Below are positions 51,462-63,690 of a stretch of DNA of 64,000 nt, in pieces. The number at the start of each line of letters is the position of its first letter. The first letter of the stretch is position 1. The notes below the pieces were generated by a model. The model was not told the DNA's origin, did no database searches, and was given only the letters and a program-made list of their open reading frames with translations. The position numbers were made by a program, and so were the translations under genes. This stretch comes from Macrostomum lignano (taxonomy: Eukaryota), in NCBI GenBank assembly GCA_002269645.1, contig NIVC01001816.1, forward strand, positions 170,302-234,301, given 5' to 3'.

Positions 51462-53565
51462 CTAAGACAGACAGATAGACAGGCAGACAGACAGTCAGAG
51501 AGGCAGGCAGGCACGCAGGCAGGCAGGCAGACGAAGGCAGATGCTATGCAGACTTACACGGTGGAGCTGTGCAACACCCAAAGCTTGCAGTTGAGCGTAA
51601 AACCAATTTGCAACTCTCATAGTCAGGCCACTCTAAATAGATGCGAATTCCAGCTATCGAATTACTCAACCACGAGCAAATACTGATGAGCATCCGGTCG
51701 GCCAGGTTGGGCTAGTATATAACTGGACCATCCATCCTGGCAGCCGGGTCCATGCAATGCTGCACGCACACAGTTTAAAGAGAAATGGACGATGAGCTTG
51801 TGTCTTCCGCTGGATTTCCCACTTGCACGTGTCGTTGCACCTGCGATAGCGCGCACTACTCCGAGCAGGCATCGAGGGCCAATTCGGATAGGCCAGCAAC
51901 CGATCAATCAGAGTCATTTGACGCTTTGATAGCCGATATGCGCAATTTCGTGCACGAACTGACTAAACTCGATGCCGACCTTCATTGCAGCCGGCGTCAG
52001 CAGTTGAAGCAGCGCAGCCGGTCGGCCGAGAGACGCGGCAACGACGCGTTCAACGACTACGATGACGACGTCGGCAACAACAACAAAGACAGGAACAAAG
52101 AGCCTCGAGAAGTTGCTACTCGCCGAGCTGCTGCGTTGGACGGTTCGCAGACTTTATCCCATCAGAAGCAGCAATATTTACCGCAGCAACAGACTGCAAG
52201 GTCGGTTTGAAGACATTACTTTGTTTAAGTTTTGAGATTAAAATCTTCATCAAATGCTCTGTTAATAAGCTTGAATCCAAGAATTTTATATTGTAATATC
52301 AGCTCTTATTAAAAGTTTGTGAGATGCGTCTAAACGGCGATTTAACTTGGCGACCAGGAAATGACGTTTTAATCGCGAATTCTGAAGGCCCTATTGACTT
52401 TTCAGTGCTTTTCATCAACAACTTGGCTGATTTGCGATTGTAGTATGTTTAGCAGTACGTTTAAGAATATACTGAGTGTTTCTGCAAAACATCATTCGCA
52501 TCTTTTGTTTATTTGCAATGTTTCTACCATCTCTCTACCAGACATTCGGCCGAATGGGATCCAAAATTTGGTGGTCCCGCGCACTTGCGAGCGGTGCAGC
52601 AGCAGCAGCACCCACTGTCGCATCAGGTTGTGGTCAAGGATTCACGGATGAGGGTGGCTGCAGCGCCTACGGCAACCATGACTGTGGGCAGGCAACCGCG
52701 CCAGCTGCAGAACCATCCCCCGATCCAGCAGCAGCAGCAGCAGCAGCAGCATATTCCTGCAGCCAGAGGCACAGCTGCCGCTCGTGGTCCGTTGCCGCCG
52801 CCGCCTTTGCCACCGAGAGGCGCACCGGATCCGGTGGTCGGCAGTCGGACAAATGGAGGCTGGAACAATGGGGTCGGCAGCCGCGGTCAGCAGCAGCAAG
52901 TGAGCAGCCGGCAGTTGTGCTCCCACTGTCGTCAAGAGTTGGGTAAGAATCAGTTTTTGATATTTGTTGAAATTGATGGAGATTTGAATATAGCTATTGC
53001 CTAAATCGGTTTTAAAATTCATACAAAATAACTTGTACCAACATTTGTACCAATCAGAGACCTTTGTGCCAATCAGAGACCTTTGTACCAATCAGAGACC
53101 TTTGTGCCAATCAGAGACCTTTGTACCAATCAGAGACCTTTGTGCCAATCAGAGACCTTTGTGCCAATCAGAGACCTTTGTACCAATCAGAGACCTTTGT
53201 ACCAATCTGTGCAAAGCTCAAATTTGTTCTGCTATCTTATATTTATAGCTGTTGACCTTAAACCATGCACGTACCGCGTGATCACTGTTAAAATGCTATC
53301 AAGATGCAATTGGACAAATTGTAAAATACCACACTTTTCCGCCTCTGGGATTTCTACCAACTACACAGGCTCGGGAGCAGCGATGGCCATCGAGACGCTG
53401 CAGCTGTTCTATCACGTGAAATGCTTTCGCTGCAGCGTCTGCAACACCCCGCTTGGCAACGGCAGCTCCGGTGCGGACGTTCGAGTCAGACGCGATCAGC
53501 TGCACTGCCCCAGCTGCTTCAGCTCAGACGAAGGTATCTCCTGCATCAATCTTGGTCCCGTGTGA
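38243..53565 (+). CDS. LIMCH1/LMO7: LIMCH1/LMO7-like protein (N-terminal calponin-homology domain, WxxxLxxWKxxRR motif, C-terminal LIM domain); 12 exons, ~1052 aa
   Basis: Exons: 38243-38499, 38618-38690, 41269-41378, 41897-41936, 42690-43007, 43495-43661, 44599-45460, 49267-49377, 50206-50408, 51781-52200, 52542-52942, 53369-53565. Phase-consistent, 3159 nt. CH: WIKACTG...[23 protein letters not shown]...[13 protein letters not shown]: [58 protein letters not shown]. The last exon may instead splice at 53533 (g|gtatct). Confidence 0.92.
39160..39985. repeat. 12-bp purine-rich repeat (GAGGGAGAGGCA)n
   Basis: Visible; LIMCH1 intron 2. Confidence 0.9.
40640..41065. repeat. ~12-bp purine-rich repeat (GAGGGGAGATGA)n
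   Basis: Visible. Confidence 0.85.
41412..41800. repeat. 30/33-bp minisatellite (CTCTCAGACACCTGTCTGAAGCATCTACT(ACT)T)
   Basis: Visible; contains dyad CAGACA-CC-TGTCTG. Confidence 0.9.
43058..43382. repeat. 16-bp minisatellite (GAGTAACCTAGTCCCT)n
   Basis: Visible. Confidence 0.9.
43812..44590. repeat. 41-bp minisatellite (AACTCATCTGTGAGTGATTTGTCTCCATCCCGATCCGTCAC), ~19 copies
   Basis: Period 41 (43816, 43857); runs into the acceptor at 44597-44598. Confidence 0.95.
46249..48440. mobile_element. ~2.2-kb non-autonomous DNA transposon, CMC/EnSpm-like
   Basis: Imperfect ~33-bp TIRs CCCAGTGAAAAATGATTTATGGATTCCACGTGG and CCACATGGAATCCATATCATTTTTTTCACTGGG. 2-bp TSD TC (46247-48, 48441-42). Subterminal ATGGA(A/T)TCCAC repeats at both ends. 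CCC...GGG termini with a 2-bp TSD are known for animal CMC elements. Confidence 0.75.
49405..50180. repeat. 32-bp minisatellite (GATGCTGGTTGCAGGGAGTGACTAGATTCATT), ~24 copies
   Basis: Period 32; fills LIMCH1 intron 8. Confidence 0.95.
50700..51535. repeat. (GACA)n array with GACACTAA and GACACCCACACA variants
   Basis: Visible. Confidence 0.95.
53035..53208. repeat. 19-bp minisatellite (CCAATCAGAGACCTTTGTR)n
   Basis: Visible. Confidence 0.9.
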
Positions 53566-54173
53566 TAACCGACCTTTAGTGCCTAACCAACATTGTTTGA
53601 GTTCCTAACACTAATCTGTGGCTCTGGTTGTGCACGCTTTCCTTTTTACTCACTTGGCAATAACTTTAAATATGAAGGTCTATCTGTATACTAACACTTT
53701 CTTAACACTGGTGCTGCGCATGCGTATTAAAACTGTAGTTTCAATACTGTTTAACCATTTCCTGCGATTCGGTTCACTGTGTCTTGAGCTCCACAAGCTT
53801 GCATGCAGAATTAGGGTTTAACATGTGCAATACAATCAAGAAGAGCTTTGTGTAACTGTATCTCAGAGCATTAATTCAATAGACGTTGATTTGCATGGGT
53901 GAAAGGCACGCCGAATTAGAATTAGTGCTGATTCACCAACATAAGCAATATTCGTACGATAAATTTAAATTAAGAGACACAAAATGCGCTTTTTTCTTAC
54001 TTACGCATTCATTCTCGGTTGTGGTTTTGGTGTTGTTTATCTTTGAAGACAGCAGGTAAGTGTCAAAGTTTCATTGCTGGTTTTTCCTCTCTGATTTCCT
54101 TTTAACTTCTTTTTTGTTTGAGTCAGTACCCTACTTCTGTGCGAGTATATCGGGCACAAGGCACAAAAAAGGA

Positions 54174-54422
54174 TTAAATGTACATTCGCTAGTCAGGTTT
54201 AGCTTAAATGTACACTCCTGCCATTCTTAAGGCGCAATGAAGATTAAATGTACATTCGCTAGTCAGGTTTAGCTTAAATGTACACTCCTGCCATTCTTAA
54301 GGCGCAATGAAGATTAAATGTACATTCGCTAGTCAGGATAGCTTAAATGTACACTCCTGCCATTCTTAAGGCGCAATGAAGATTAAATGTACATTCGCTA
54401 GTCAGGATAGCTTAAATGTACA
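54174..54422. repeat. ~70-bp tandem repeat, ~3.5 copies
   Basis: TTAAATGTACATTCGCTAGTCAGG...TTCTTAAGGCGCAATGAAGA recurs. Confidence 0.85.
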
Positions 54423-55827
54423 GTGGGAGAAGTGCACACTCGCTAGTCGCATTGATTGGAAGTAATTTTCAGCTTTAATAGAAATATTTGCAACTAACAA
54501 ACAATTTATCTAACACTGCACATATACGCTGCACTTAATCACGTCTTTCTCTTAGATATAACCAGCTCCTGCTTTTTTCACGCTTCTCCTAACCATTTTA
54601 GTTCCGCGAAGAACTTTACCTGGGCCGAGCTGACATGCTTCAAGCTGACAAGCTGGCGTTAAAGTTTGACGCGACCGTCAAGACCTCAAATTGTTCGTTG
54701 TAGATTAACATAAACTTTTTGACATGAAATTAACCGCTGATTTCACACAATAAATACAGTAACACGCCTCACACCATGTTAGCAATTTTGCACTGTTCTC
54801 TGTTTTCCGCAACATTGCGCGCACCGTTTAACTTGGTCAACTGAAACAGAAGGTCTGCACTGGCGAGATGGATAGCTTTTCAGATCGGAATTTTGAATCG
54901 CAAATGAAGCAAGCAAGAGTTTATGGTTGTATTCATTTGTTAAAATCAAATATGGATTTTGTACAAAGATTTGCTTTCTGACTGAGGTTTCTTTTGCAAT
55001 TTAGAAGTCCGGAAGGAGTGTAAGAAAATGTTTAACAGAACCAAACGCAATACCTTTTTTGTTTTGAGTTGAGAAATTAAAAACGCCATTTTCTGTAATG
55101 CATATTCTTTCGGTAAAGCCTGCATCCTAAAATTTCCAACAAAATTCGGTTTCCTGTCCATCTACCTAAGTAGTCCTTAGTGAGATACGCGAGTGAAGCG
55201 CAGTCCCGATCTCTACTTCAGACGTCCATGATGCCAATGTATTGGGGTTCTCCAGCTATTTTAATGAAACTCATTGTCCAACCCGGCATAAAGCACTGCT
55301 GTATTTGTACAGAACTGCTTTATTCGTCTCATTTTTTCTTCAGGACAAAAATTCAGCTGCATTTGACAGTCTGATTTGGAGCTCGAGGCAAACCGACTCG
55401 AGGGCAGGACCAGCCACCGCGATCCCTGCTCACTGCCTTCGCTTCAATGCTTTAATCGGATTTTCTTTCCAATAAAAATTGCTCGAATTGTAATACTTGC
55501 CAGCAGTAGACAAGTACGAGTGTGTTCTGTGCAAAGAGTTGTTATAACGGCATTTTAGGCTCACACTATACGATAACTTCCTGCGAATCATATTCATATT
55601 AAACTTTCTTCAATACATCATCAGACAGTTTATCATTGAATGGCGTTCGTTGTTTCATGCTCATTAACTCTACTACTTATCAATAGTAGCAAGCGTAAAT
55701 ATACAGGCAAATACACGCCACGCAGAGAGTCGGGACTGCGAATTCTAAGTTTAGATCAGGCGCCTGACTGACTTACTGACTGCCTATTGACTCTTATAAA
55801 CAATACGTGGCTTAGCGCACGGACATG

Positions 55828-56170
55828 CTGTCCCCTTCTGTTCCCTTCTGTCCCCCTCTGTCCCCTTCTGTCCCCTTCTGTTCTCTTCTGTCCCCTTCTG
55901 TCCCCTTCTGTTCTCTTCTGTCCCCTTCTGTCCCCTTCTGTCCCCTTCTGTCCCCTTCTGTTCTCTTCTGTCCCCTTCTGTCCCCTTCTGTTCCCTTCTG
56001 TCCCCTTCTGTCCTCTTGTGTCCCCTTCTGTCTCCTGTACCCTTCCATCCTCTTGTGCCCCCTCCCTGTCCCCTCTGTGCCCTCTCCTCTGTCCCTCTTT
56101 CCCCTCCTGTCTCATCCCCTCTGTCCTCTCCTGTCCCCTCCCCTCAGTCCCTAGCTTCCCTCTGTCCCCC
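55828..56170. repeat. 10-bp pyrimidine-rich repeat (TGTCCCCTTC)n
   Basis: Visible. Confidence 0.85.
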
Positions 56171-56565
56171 TTACAGCTAGTGGATAACTAACCTGTATTC
56201 ACACGTTCTTTGAATCCATTCGCTCGTTAAGCTTCTAGAACAATCCTTGTAGTTTTTTCGCCAAAAAATGTCAAAAAGTGGTATGAGATTCTGTGAATGT
56301 CATGGAAAAATTCAGCGCTCTAAGAAATCAATCTGCTCGTTAAACTGGAAACTCATTTCCTCTAAGAATCTTGAAAAGAAGAAAATGTGTCGAACCGTAT
56401 GATTATAATTTTTTCGATTCTTTTTGACTTTTTACACTTGGCAGAACAAATGGCAGGCGTGTTGCTTTGAGCAGCATTTCACTTTATAGTCAGTGATTCG
56501 TGGTGTAAAATTCAAGTCTGTAGTTCATTCCATGAAAATCTAAATTGGTTGATGAATAATTTGAG

Positions 56566-57075
56566 ATCTTGTCAGCCATCTGAGCAATTGTTCATTTGAG
56601 ATCTTGTCAGCCATCTGAGCATTTGTTCATTTGAGTTCTTGTCAACCATCTGAGCAATTGTTCATTTGAGATCTTGTCAGCCATCTGAGCATTTGTTCAT
56701 TTGAGTTCTTGTCAGCCATCTGAGCAATTGTTCATTTGAGATCTTGTCAGCCATCTGAGCAATTCTTCATTTGAGATCTTGTCAGCCATCTGAGCAATTG
56801 TTCATTTGAGATCTTGTCAGTCATCTGAGCAATTCATCATTTGAGTTCTTGTCAGCCATCTGAGCAATTCATCATTTGAGATCTTGTCAGCCATCTGAGC
56901 AATTGTTCATTTGAGATCTTGTCAGCCATCTGAGCAATTCTTCATTTGAGATCTTGTCAGCCATCTGAGCAATTGTTCATTTGAGATCTTGTCAGCCATC
57001 TGAGCAATTCTTCATTTGAGTTCTTGTCAGCCATCTGAGCAATTTATCATTTGAGTTCTTGTCAGCCATCTGAGT
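56566..57075. repeat. 35-bp minisatellite (TGAGCAATTGTTCATTTGAGATCTTGTCAGCCATC)
   Basis: Period 35. Confidence 0.9.
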
Positions 57076-57654
57076 CATCATCTCTGAGTACTTGGCCATC
57101 TGACCGCTTCCTCCTAGAAGCAATCGTGAATGTTTTAAACATTTTAGTTGCAGCCGTCAAGTTTTAATCCCGCATTTACGGTCGTCATTTTTTCTTCAAA
57201 AGCACTTTTAAGAATCCACTTAACCCAAAGGCAGAAGTCAGTCTCGAATATCGAATGTCTATTTGGCATCCCCCCCCCAGCAACAGATGCCGCGGACCAG
57301 ATGGCCATCTTACTTGAGTAAACCTCAAGTTCGCATTCGCGTCTCGGGTTTCAGTCGCCTCGCTACTCAACTATTCGATCAAATTCTGCTCGGCTAATCT
57401 CTCAAGACTGAGTTCGGATTGTTGACCGCATGTTATATTAGATTTCTCTGCTCTGGAAATGCATATTTTTGAATTGAAAATTGTTTGCTAAATTTAGAGA
57501 GCAAAGTAAACTTGCCATCTGTCACCGGAACTGAAAACTGTGTCTCAAAACGTTTTCTTTAATAAATCCAACTAGGTTTTCTTCTTTAATCTAGAATCCA
57601 ACCAGGGGATTAATCCTTTCCAAACTGATGATGCTCATGTACAACTTGAAGCTG

Positions 57655-58250
57655 GCACTCCTGTCTAACAGGGGACACTCCTGTCTAACAGGGGACACTC
57701 CTGTCTAACAGGGGACACTCCTGTCTAACAGGGGACACTCCTGTCTAACAGGGGACACTCCTGTCTAACAGGTGACACTCCTGTCTAACAGGGGACACTC
57801 CTGTCTAACAGGGGACACTCCTGTCTAACAGGGGACACTCCTGTCTAACAGGGGACACTCCTGTCTAACAGGGGACACTCCTGTCTAACAGGGGGCACTC
57901 CTGTCTAACATGGGACACTCCTGTCTAACAGGGGACACTCCTGTCTAACAGGTGACACTCCTGTCTAACAGGGGACACTCCTGTCTAACAGGGGACACTC
58001 CTGTCTAACAGGTGGCACTCCTGTCTAACAGGGGACACTCCTGTCTAACAGGGGACACTCCTATCTAACAGGCGAAACTATCTTGTCTAACAGGTGACAC
58101 TCCTGTCTAACAGGGGACACTCCTGTCTAACAGGGGACACTCCTGTCTAACAGGGGACACTCCTGTCTAACAGGTGACACTCCTGTCTAACAGGGGACAC
58201 TCCTGTCTAACAGGCGACACTCCTGTCTAACAGGTGGCACTCCTGTCTAT
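57655..58250. repeat. 20-bp minisatellite (CTGTCTAACAGGGGACACTC)n
   Basis: Exact 20-bp register; dyad CCTGT-CTA-ACAGG. Confidence 0.95.
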
Positions 58251-58586
58251 CATGTACCTGGCCCCCATCTACCACGTGGAATTCATATCTAACAGATGAC
58301 ACCCAGCTGTCTAACATGCGGCCAAGTTGTCTAACAGGTAAGAGCCATGTCTCCTCCGTAAAACAGACAAACAGCTCACAGCATGAGAAGTGTGTGTCTC
58401 TAGCGCTTCGCTAGCATCCTTCGCATAGATATCGATTTGCGCCAATCCAGAAGACATCTCCACGCAACACCCACTTGGCCCCTCATTGGCTGCCCGCAAT
58501 GAGCATTTAAACTCGAATTTTTCTTGCTCATTCAAATCTCGCGCCAGGAAAATCAGACAGAAAACAACTCAAGCCAGTCCGTCATC

Positions 58587-58949
58587 ATGACTCAACCAAG
58601 TGGAACGGTGCCAGTGGCCCTGCTGCTACTTCTAGCTCTGGCTATTCAACTCTCGGCTGAGAGTGTCTCAGCCGCTCCTTCTGGTCGAGGCTCGAACCAA
58701 CGGCTCGTGGCCGCTCCGGCTGACTGGGCCGCCGCTGCCGCCGCCGCCGCCGCAGCCGCAGCGGACGTCGCAGCGGAAGAGGCCGCCGAGGCCAACGACA
58801 GCTCCGACCTGACGGAGCCCGGCGACAAGCGAGGCATGTTCCGCTATGGAAAACGACAGATGTTCCGGTTCGGAAAGCGAGCCCTGCTCGGAAAGCGAGC
58901 TTACATGTTCCGCTATGGAAAACGGCAGATTGAAAGCCCCCAATACTGA
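58587..58949 (+). CDS. Neuropeptide precursor (FMRFamide-like; MFRY/MFRF-amides), 120 aa
   Basis: Signal peptide MTQPSGTVPVALLLLLALAIQLSAESVSA, an Ala/acidic spacer, then KR-GMFRYG-KR-QMFRFG-KR-ALLG-KR-AYMFRYG-KR. These are dibasic cleavage sites with Gly amide donors. Probable 5'UTR acceptor near 58547. Confidence 0.9.
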   Translation: MTQPSGTVPVALLLLLALAIQLSAESVSAAPSGRGSNQRLVAAPADWAAAAAAAAAAAADVAAEEAAEANDSSDLTEPGDKRGMFRYGKRQMFRFGKRALLGKRAYMFRYGKRQIESPQY

Positions 58950-59349
58950 CAATTCTAGCTGTGTGAATTAAAACAATTCCAAATGCATGGGCTTAAACTA
59001 AATACAAGTTTCATTCTCTTGTCGTAAGAGAAATGCAGGTCCTGGTTGCTTGAAACGGCTTCAGATTGTGTTTTTCACTTATTTTGTCCGCAAATTCACG
59101 CCAAGCTTTAATTTAGCCGTTGTTATTTGCTAGTTACTAGCAAGTTACGCCCTCGAAGCCTCTCTAACCGGCCCCCGGGTCCTTTGAGACTTCACATCTG
59201 CAATACGGCTCTCTCAAGGTTTGCGTCTCTGCTTAGCTCTTTTCTCTCTTCTCTCTTCCCTCTCTCCTCTGCTCTCAGAGCGAGTTCGTTATTGTCTGGG
59301 TTTCGGCGTTGTAAAGCAGAAAAATTTTCGGCGTATTTCTGAAACGTTC

Positions 59350-59640
59350 TAACCACTAAGACGTCGGACTCACGACTGAAAGGTCGGGGGTTCGATTCTC
59401 GACACAATCGGAACAATTGTCCTTGAGCAAGACATTTAACTCTGCATTGCTTCAGTTTACCCAGCTGTAAAATGGGCGCCATGGCATTAGCTAGGGTAAT
59501 TGAGGGTTTGTGTGACAACCTCCCCTGTCCTTGGACTAAACAGCCGTACGCAGCCTTCAGATGCGCCGCGCAATAGCTGCGGCTGAGCTGTCGGCTGCAC
59601 ATCTCCCATTAGGGCAGGTGTAATCAGTTAATTAATTAAT
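59350..59640 (+). mobile_element. tRNA-derived SINE with CORE-like central domain
   Basis: tRNA-like head with B-box GGTTCGATTCT (59388-59398). Then TGTCCTTGAGCAAGACATTTAACTCTGCATTGCTTCAGTTTACCCAGCTGTAAAATGGG, which resembles the MIR/CORE consensus (GGCAAGT.ACTTAAC...CAGTTTC.TCATCTGTAAAATGGG). Ends in an (ATTA)n tail. Confidence 0.7.
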
Positions 59641-59689
59641 CTGAAGCGCATTTCGAACTAACCTCTTCATGAAAAACTCCTGAAAAGGG

Positions 59690-60445
59690 CGCTAGCTACA
59701 GAGAGGCGCCAGCAACAGAGGGGCGCCAGCTGCAGAAGGGACGCCAGCTACAGAAAGGCGCCAGCTGCAGAAGGGACGCCAGCTACAGAAGGGCGCCAGC
59801 TACAGAGTGGGCGCCAGCTACAGAGTGGGCGCCAGCTACAGAGGGGGCTCCAGCTACAGAGTCAGCGCCAGCTACAGAGGGGGCGCCAGCTACAGAGTCA
59901 GCGCCAGCTACAGAGGGGGCGCCAGCTGCAGAGGGGGCGCCAGCTACAGAGGGGGCGCCAGCTACAGAGGGGACGCCAGCTACGGAGGGGGCGCCAGCTA
60001 CAGAGGGGGCGCCAGCTACAGAGGGGGCGCCAGCTGCAGAAGGGCGCCAGCTGCAGAAGGGACGCCAGCTACAGAAGGGCGCCAGCTACAGAGGGGGCGC
60101 CAGCTGCAGAAGGGCGCCAGCTGCAGAAGGGACGCCAGCTACAGAAGGGCGCCAGCTACAGAAGGGCGCCAGCTACAGAAGGGCGCCAGCTACAGAGGGG
60201 CGCCAGCTGCAGAGGGGACGCCAGCTACAGAGGGGGCGCCAGCTACAGAGGGGACGCCAGCTACAGAGGGGGCGCCAGCTACAGAGGGGGCGCCAGCTAC
60301 AGAGGGGACGCCAGCTACGGAGGGGGCGCCAGCTACAGAGGGGACGCCAGCTACAGAGGGGACGCCAGCTACAGAGGGGGCGCCAGCTACAGAGGGGGCG
60401 CCAGCTACAGAGGGGGCGCCAGCTACGGAGGGGACGCCAGCTGCA
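59690..60445. repeat. 18-bp minisatellite (GCCAGCTACAGAGGGGGC)n
   Basis: Visible; source of the 'ATEGAP' repeat ORF. Confidence 0.9.
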
Positions 60446-61144
60446 GACGATTCAAGCAGCAGTTAAAAAACTGTTGCTTATAAAACTTGTTTGTTTTCAT
60501 TCCTATCACTTTAGTCAGTTGATGCTCGAAAAAACCTCGAAAACATTTTAGAATTTTGAAGCATATTTTGAAATGAGAAGAGCGGACGGGGCAACTCAAT
60601 TTGAGACAGTAGAAATCTTTAACGTATTAGTAATTTAAAAGCTGACAAACTGTCGGAACTCAATTTGGACAATTTGTTGGAGAAAAAACAATATTTTTTC
60701 TAACCAACTTGTCATTTTTCAGTCGCTGTATACAAAGTCTGAGCGTTATTACAATTATTTATTTATTTTTGTTTGTTTACAGTCAACTTTATTATCGAGT
60801 GCATTGTTGTTATACTTCTATTCGTGTCCTTATCGAGGGCTTCTGGATCAAAGACGCACACCGGCAGAAGTCATTTGCTCACAGAACCAATAAAATGGGC
60901 CGGTTTATTGACTATAAAACTTATCATCATACTAACTCGTAATTTATTGCCGATTTTGAACTGATGTGGATAACAGAGTATCGCTGATAACAGACTTAAG
61001 TCCTCATGAAGACAACTATAGTCGCTGAGTCGCTAGCCTATCCTTCGGAATAATTGATAGGAAGATTTTATTTCTGCACTACTCTTAGTAAGAGAACTGA
61101 TTTTTTTAATAATTCTGTCAGATGTCGGCGAAATTTCCTGATGC

Positions 61145-61533
<389 letters not shown>

Positions 61534-61887
61534 TCAAGTCGCGCCCAGTAAACGATGACAAGGCCGCCCGTGGGCTTGGTTAGAGTCAAGTACGAGTTTG
61601 TGTATTTGAGACAAGCGAAATATAGCAATGATAGTGAGATACGAGGTGGTAGGTGGCGAGACCAATATATAGGCTTAAAAGACAAACTAGTAAGTGGGCT
61701 TAAAACTCAGAATCTATCACTACTGAATATTATCATGCCAAGGGAGAGAGAGAGAAAGTACGCAGAGCAGCGTACACCGGAGTAGGCCGGTTTGGTTAGT
61801 TAGGCTGGCTGGCTAGTTAGAGTTACTCATTATTGGACTCAGGTGAGTCAGGTGCAGTGCAGTACATCAAAACACGCCCGGCACCTC

Positions 61888-62450
<563 letters not shown>

Positions 62451-62969
62451 AACTGCGCGCTGTGTTCCACCAAATAGCCGTAGCCCTCGCGGGCACACAG
62501 CGGGCAAGCTACAGCAAGTGCTTCTCCTGCCCTGGGCGCAGGCAATTCAGACGAGCAACAGGGCAATCACGGCATGGGAGCGAGGCAGTCCCGTGCACAA
62601 GCGACGAGGTTGTGTTTGTGTTTCACTGTCCCAACAATTAGTCTTTGACCGCGAAGCCCCGGACCCAGGGACTCCTACATCGCTGGTTTGGAAAGCATGG
62701 ATGGACGGCCGCTGCCTCATCCAAAAACATCGTGCCAGCACGGGATCAAGACTGAACTCACGGTTTACACCAAGCTGGCACACTCTCTACAGACGCTAGA
62801 ATCGTTTCAAAAAAACAGTTTAGCTTATTATTTTTCATAAATTTGCTAAGAAATCGAAAATTGCCACCATATTTGTTAACGAGGTACCTTTTTGTACAAG
62901 TGGCCAATACTGTGGTCAAATGGGTCACTTGAGCAACCTCTGTATCCAAGTAGGTCAAGCCAATAGGTC

Positions 62970-63690
62970 AGCTGACCACCTCTGGATTCAGGCGAAGTCA
63001 AGGGGGTCAGCTGACCACTTATGGATCCAGTTAGGGTCTAGGGGTCAGCTGACCACTTATGGATCCAGTTAGGGTCTAGGGGGTCAGCTGACCACTTATG
63101 GATCCAGTTAGGGTCTAGAGGTCAGCTGACCACTTATGGATCCAGTTAGGGTCTAGAGGGTCAGCTGACCACTTATGGATCCAGTTAGGGTCTAGGGGGT
63201 CAGCTGACCACTTATGGATCCAGTTAGGTCTAGGGGGTCAGCTGACCACTTATGGATCCAGTTAGGCCAGGGGGTCAGCTGACCACTTATGGATCCAGTT
63301 AGGGTCTAGAGGGTCAGCTGACCACTTATGGATCCAGTTAGGGTCTAGGGGGTCAGCTGACCACTTATGGATCCAGTTAGGGTCTAGGGTCAGCTGACCA
63401 CCTCTGGATTCAGGCGGAGTCAAGGGAGTCAGCTGACCACCTGGATCCAGTTGGGGCCAAGGGGGTCAGCTGACTACTTATGGATCCAGCTAGGGTCAAG
63501 GGGGGTCAGCTGACCACCCTGGATTCAGGCGAGTCAAGGGAGTCAGATGGCCACCTCTGGATCCAGTTGGGGCCAAGGGGTCAGCTGACTACTTATGGAT
63601 CCAGCTAGGGTCAAGGGGGGTCAGCTGACCACCCCTGGATTCAGGCGGAGTCAAGGGAGTCAGCTGACCACCTCTGGATCCAGTTAGGGC
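62970..63690. repeat. 38/39-bp minisatellite (GGGGTCAGCTGACCACTTATGGATCCAGTTAGGGTCTAG)
   Basis: Visible, with a second variant (TCTGGATTCAGGCGGAGTCAAG) at both ends. Confidence 0.9.

Noticed and set aside
53984-54055. Short signal-peptide-like ORF MRFFLTYAFILGCGFGVVYL* followed by a strong donor (cag|gtaagt)
   Set aside because: Stops before the donor. It might be a non-coding first exon of the neuropeptide gene, but nothing in the sequence links them.
59350-59400. Possible tRNA gene
   Set aside because: No acceptor stem or intact A-box/D-arm; continues into a SINE body.
59807-60466. 219-aa GASYRG/ATEGAP repeat ORF resembling a mucin or structural protein
   Set aside because: 18-bp minisatellite, starts at GTG, no signal peptide or splice context.
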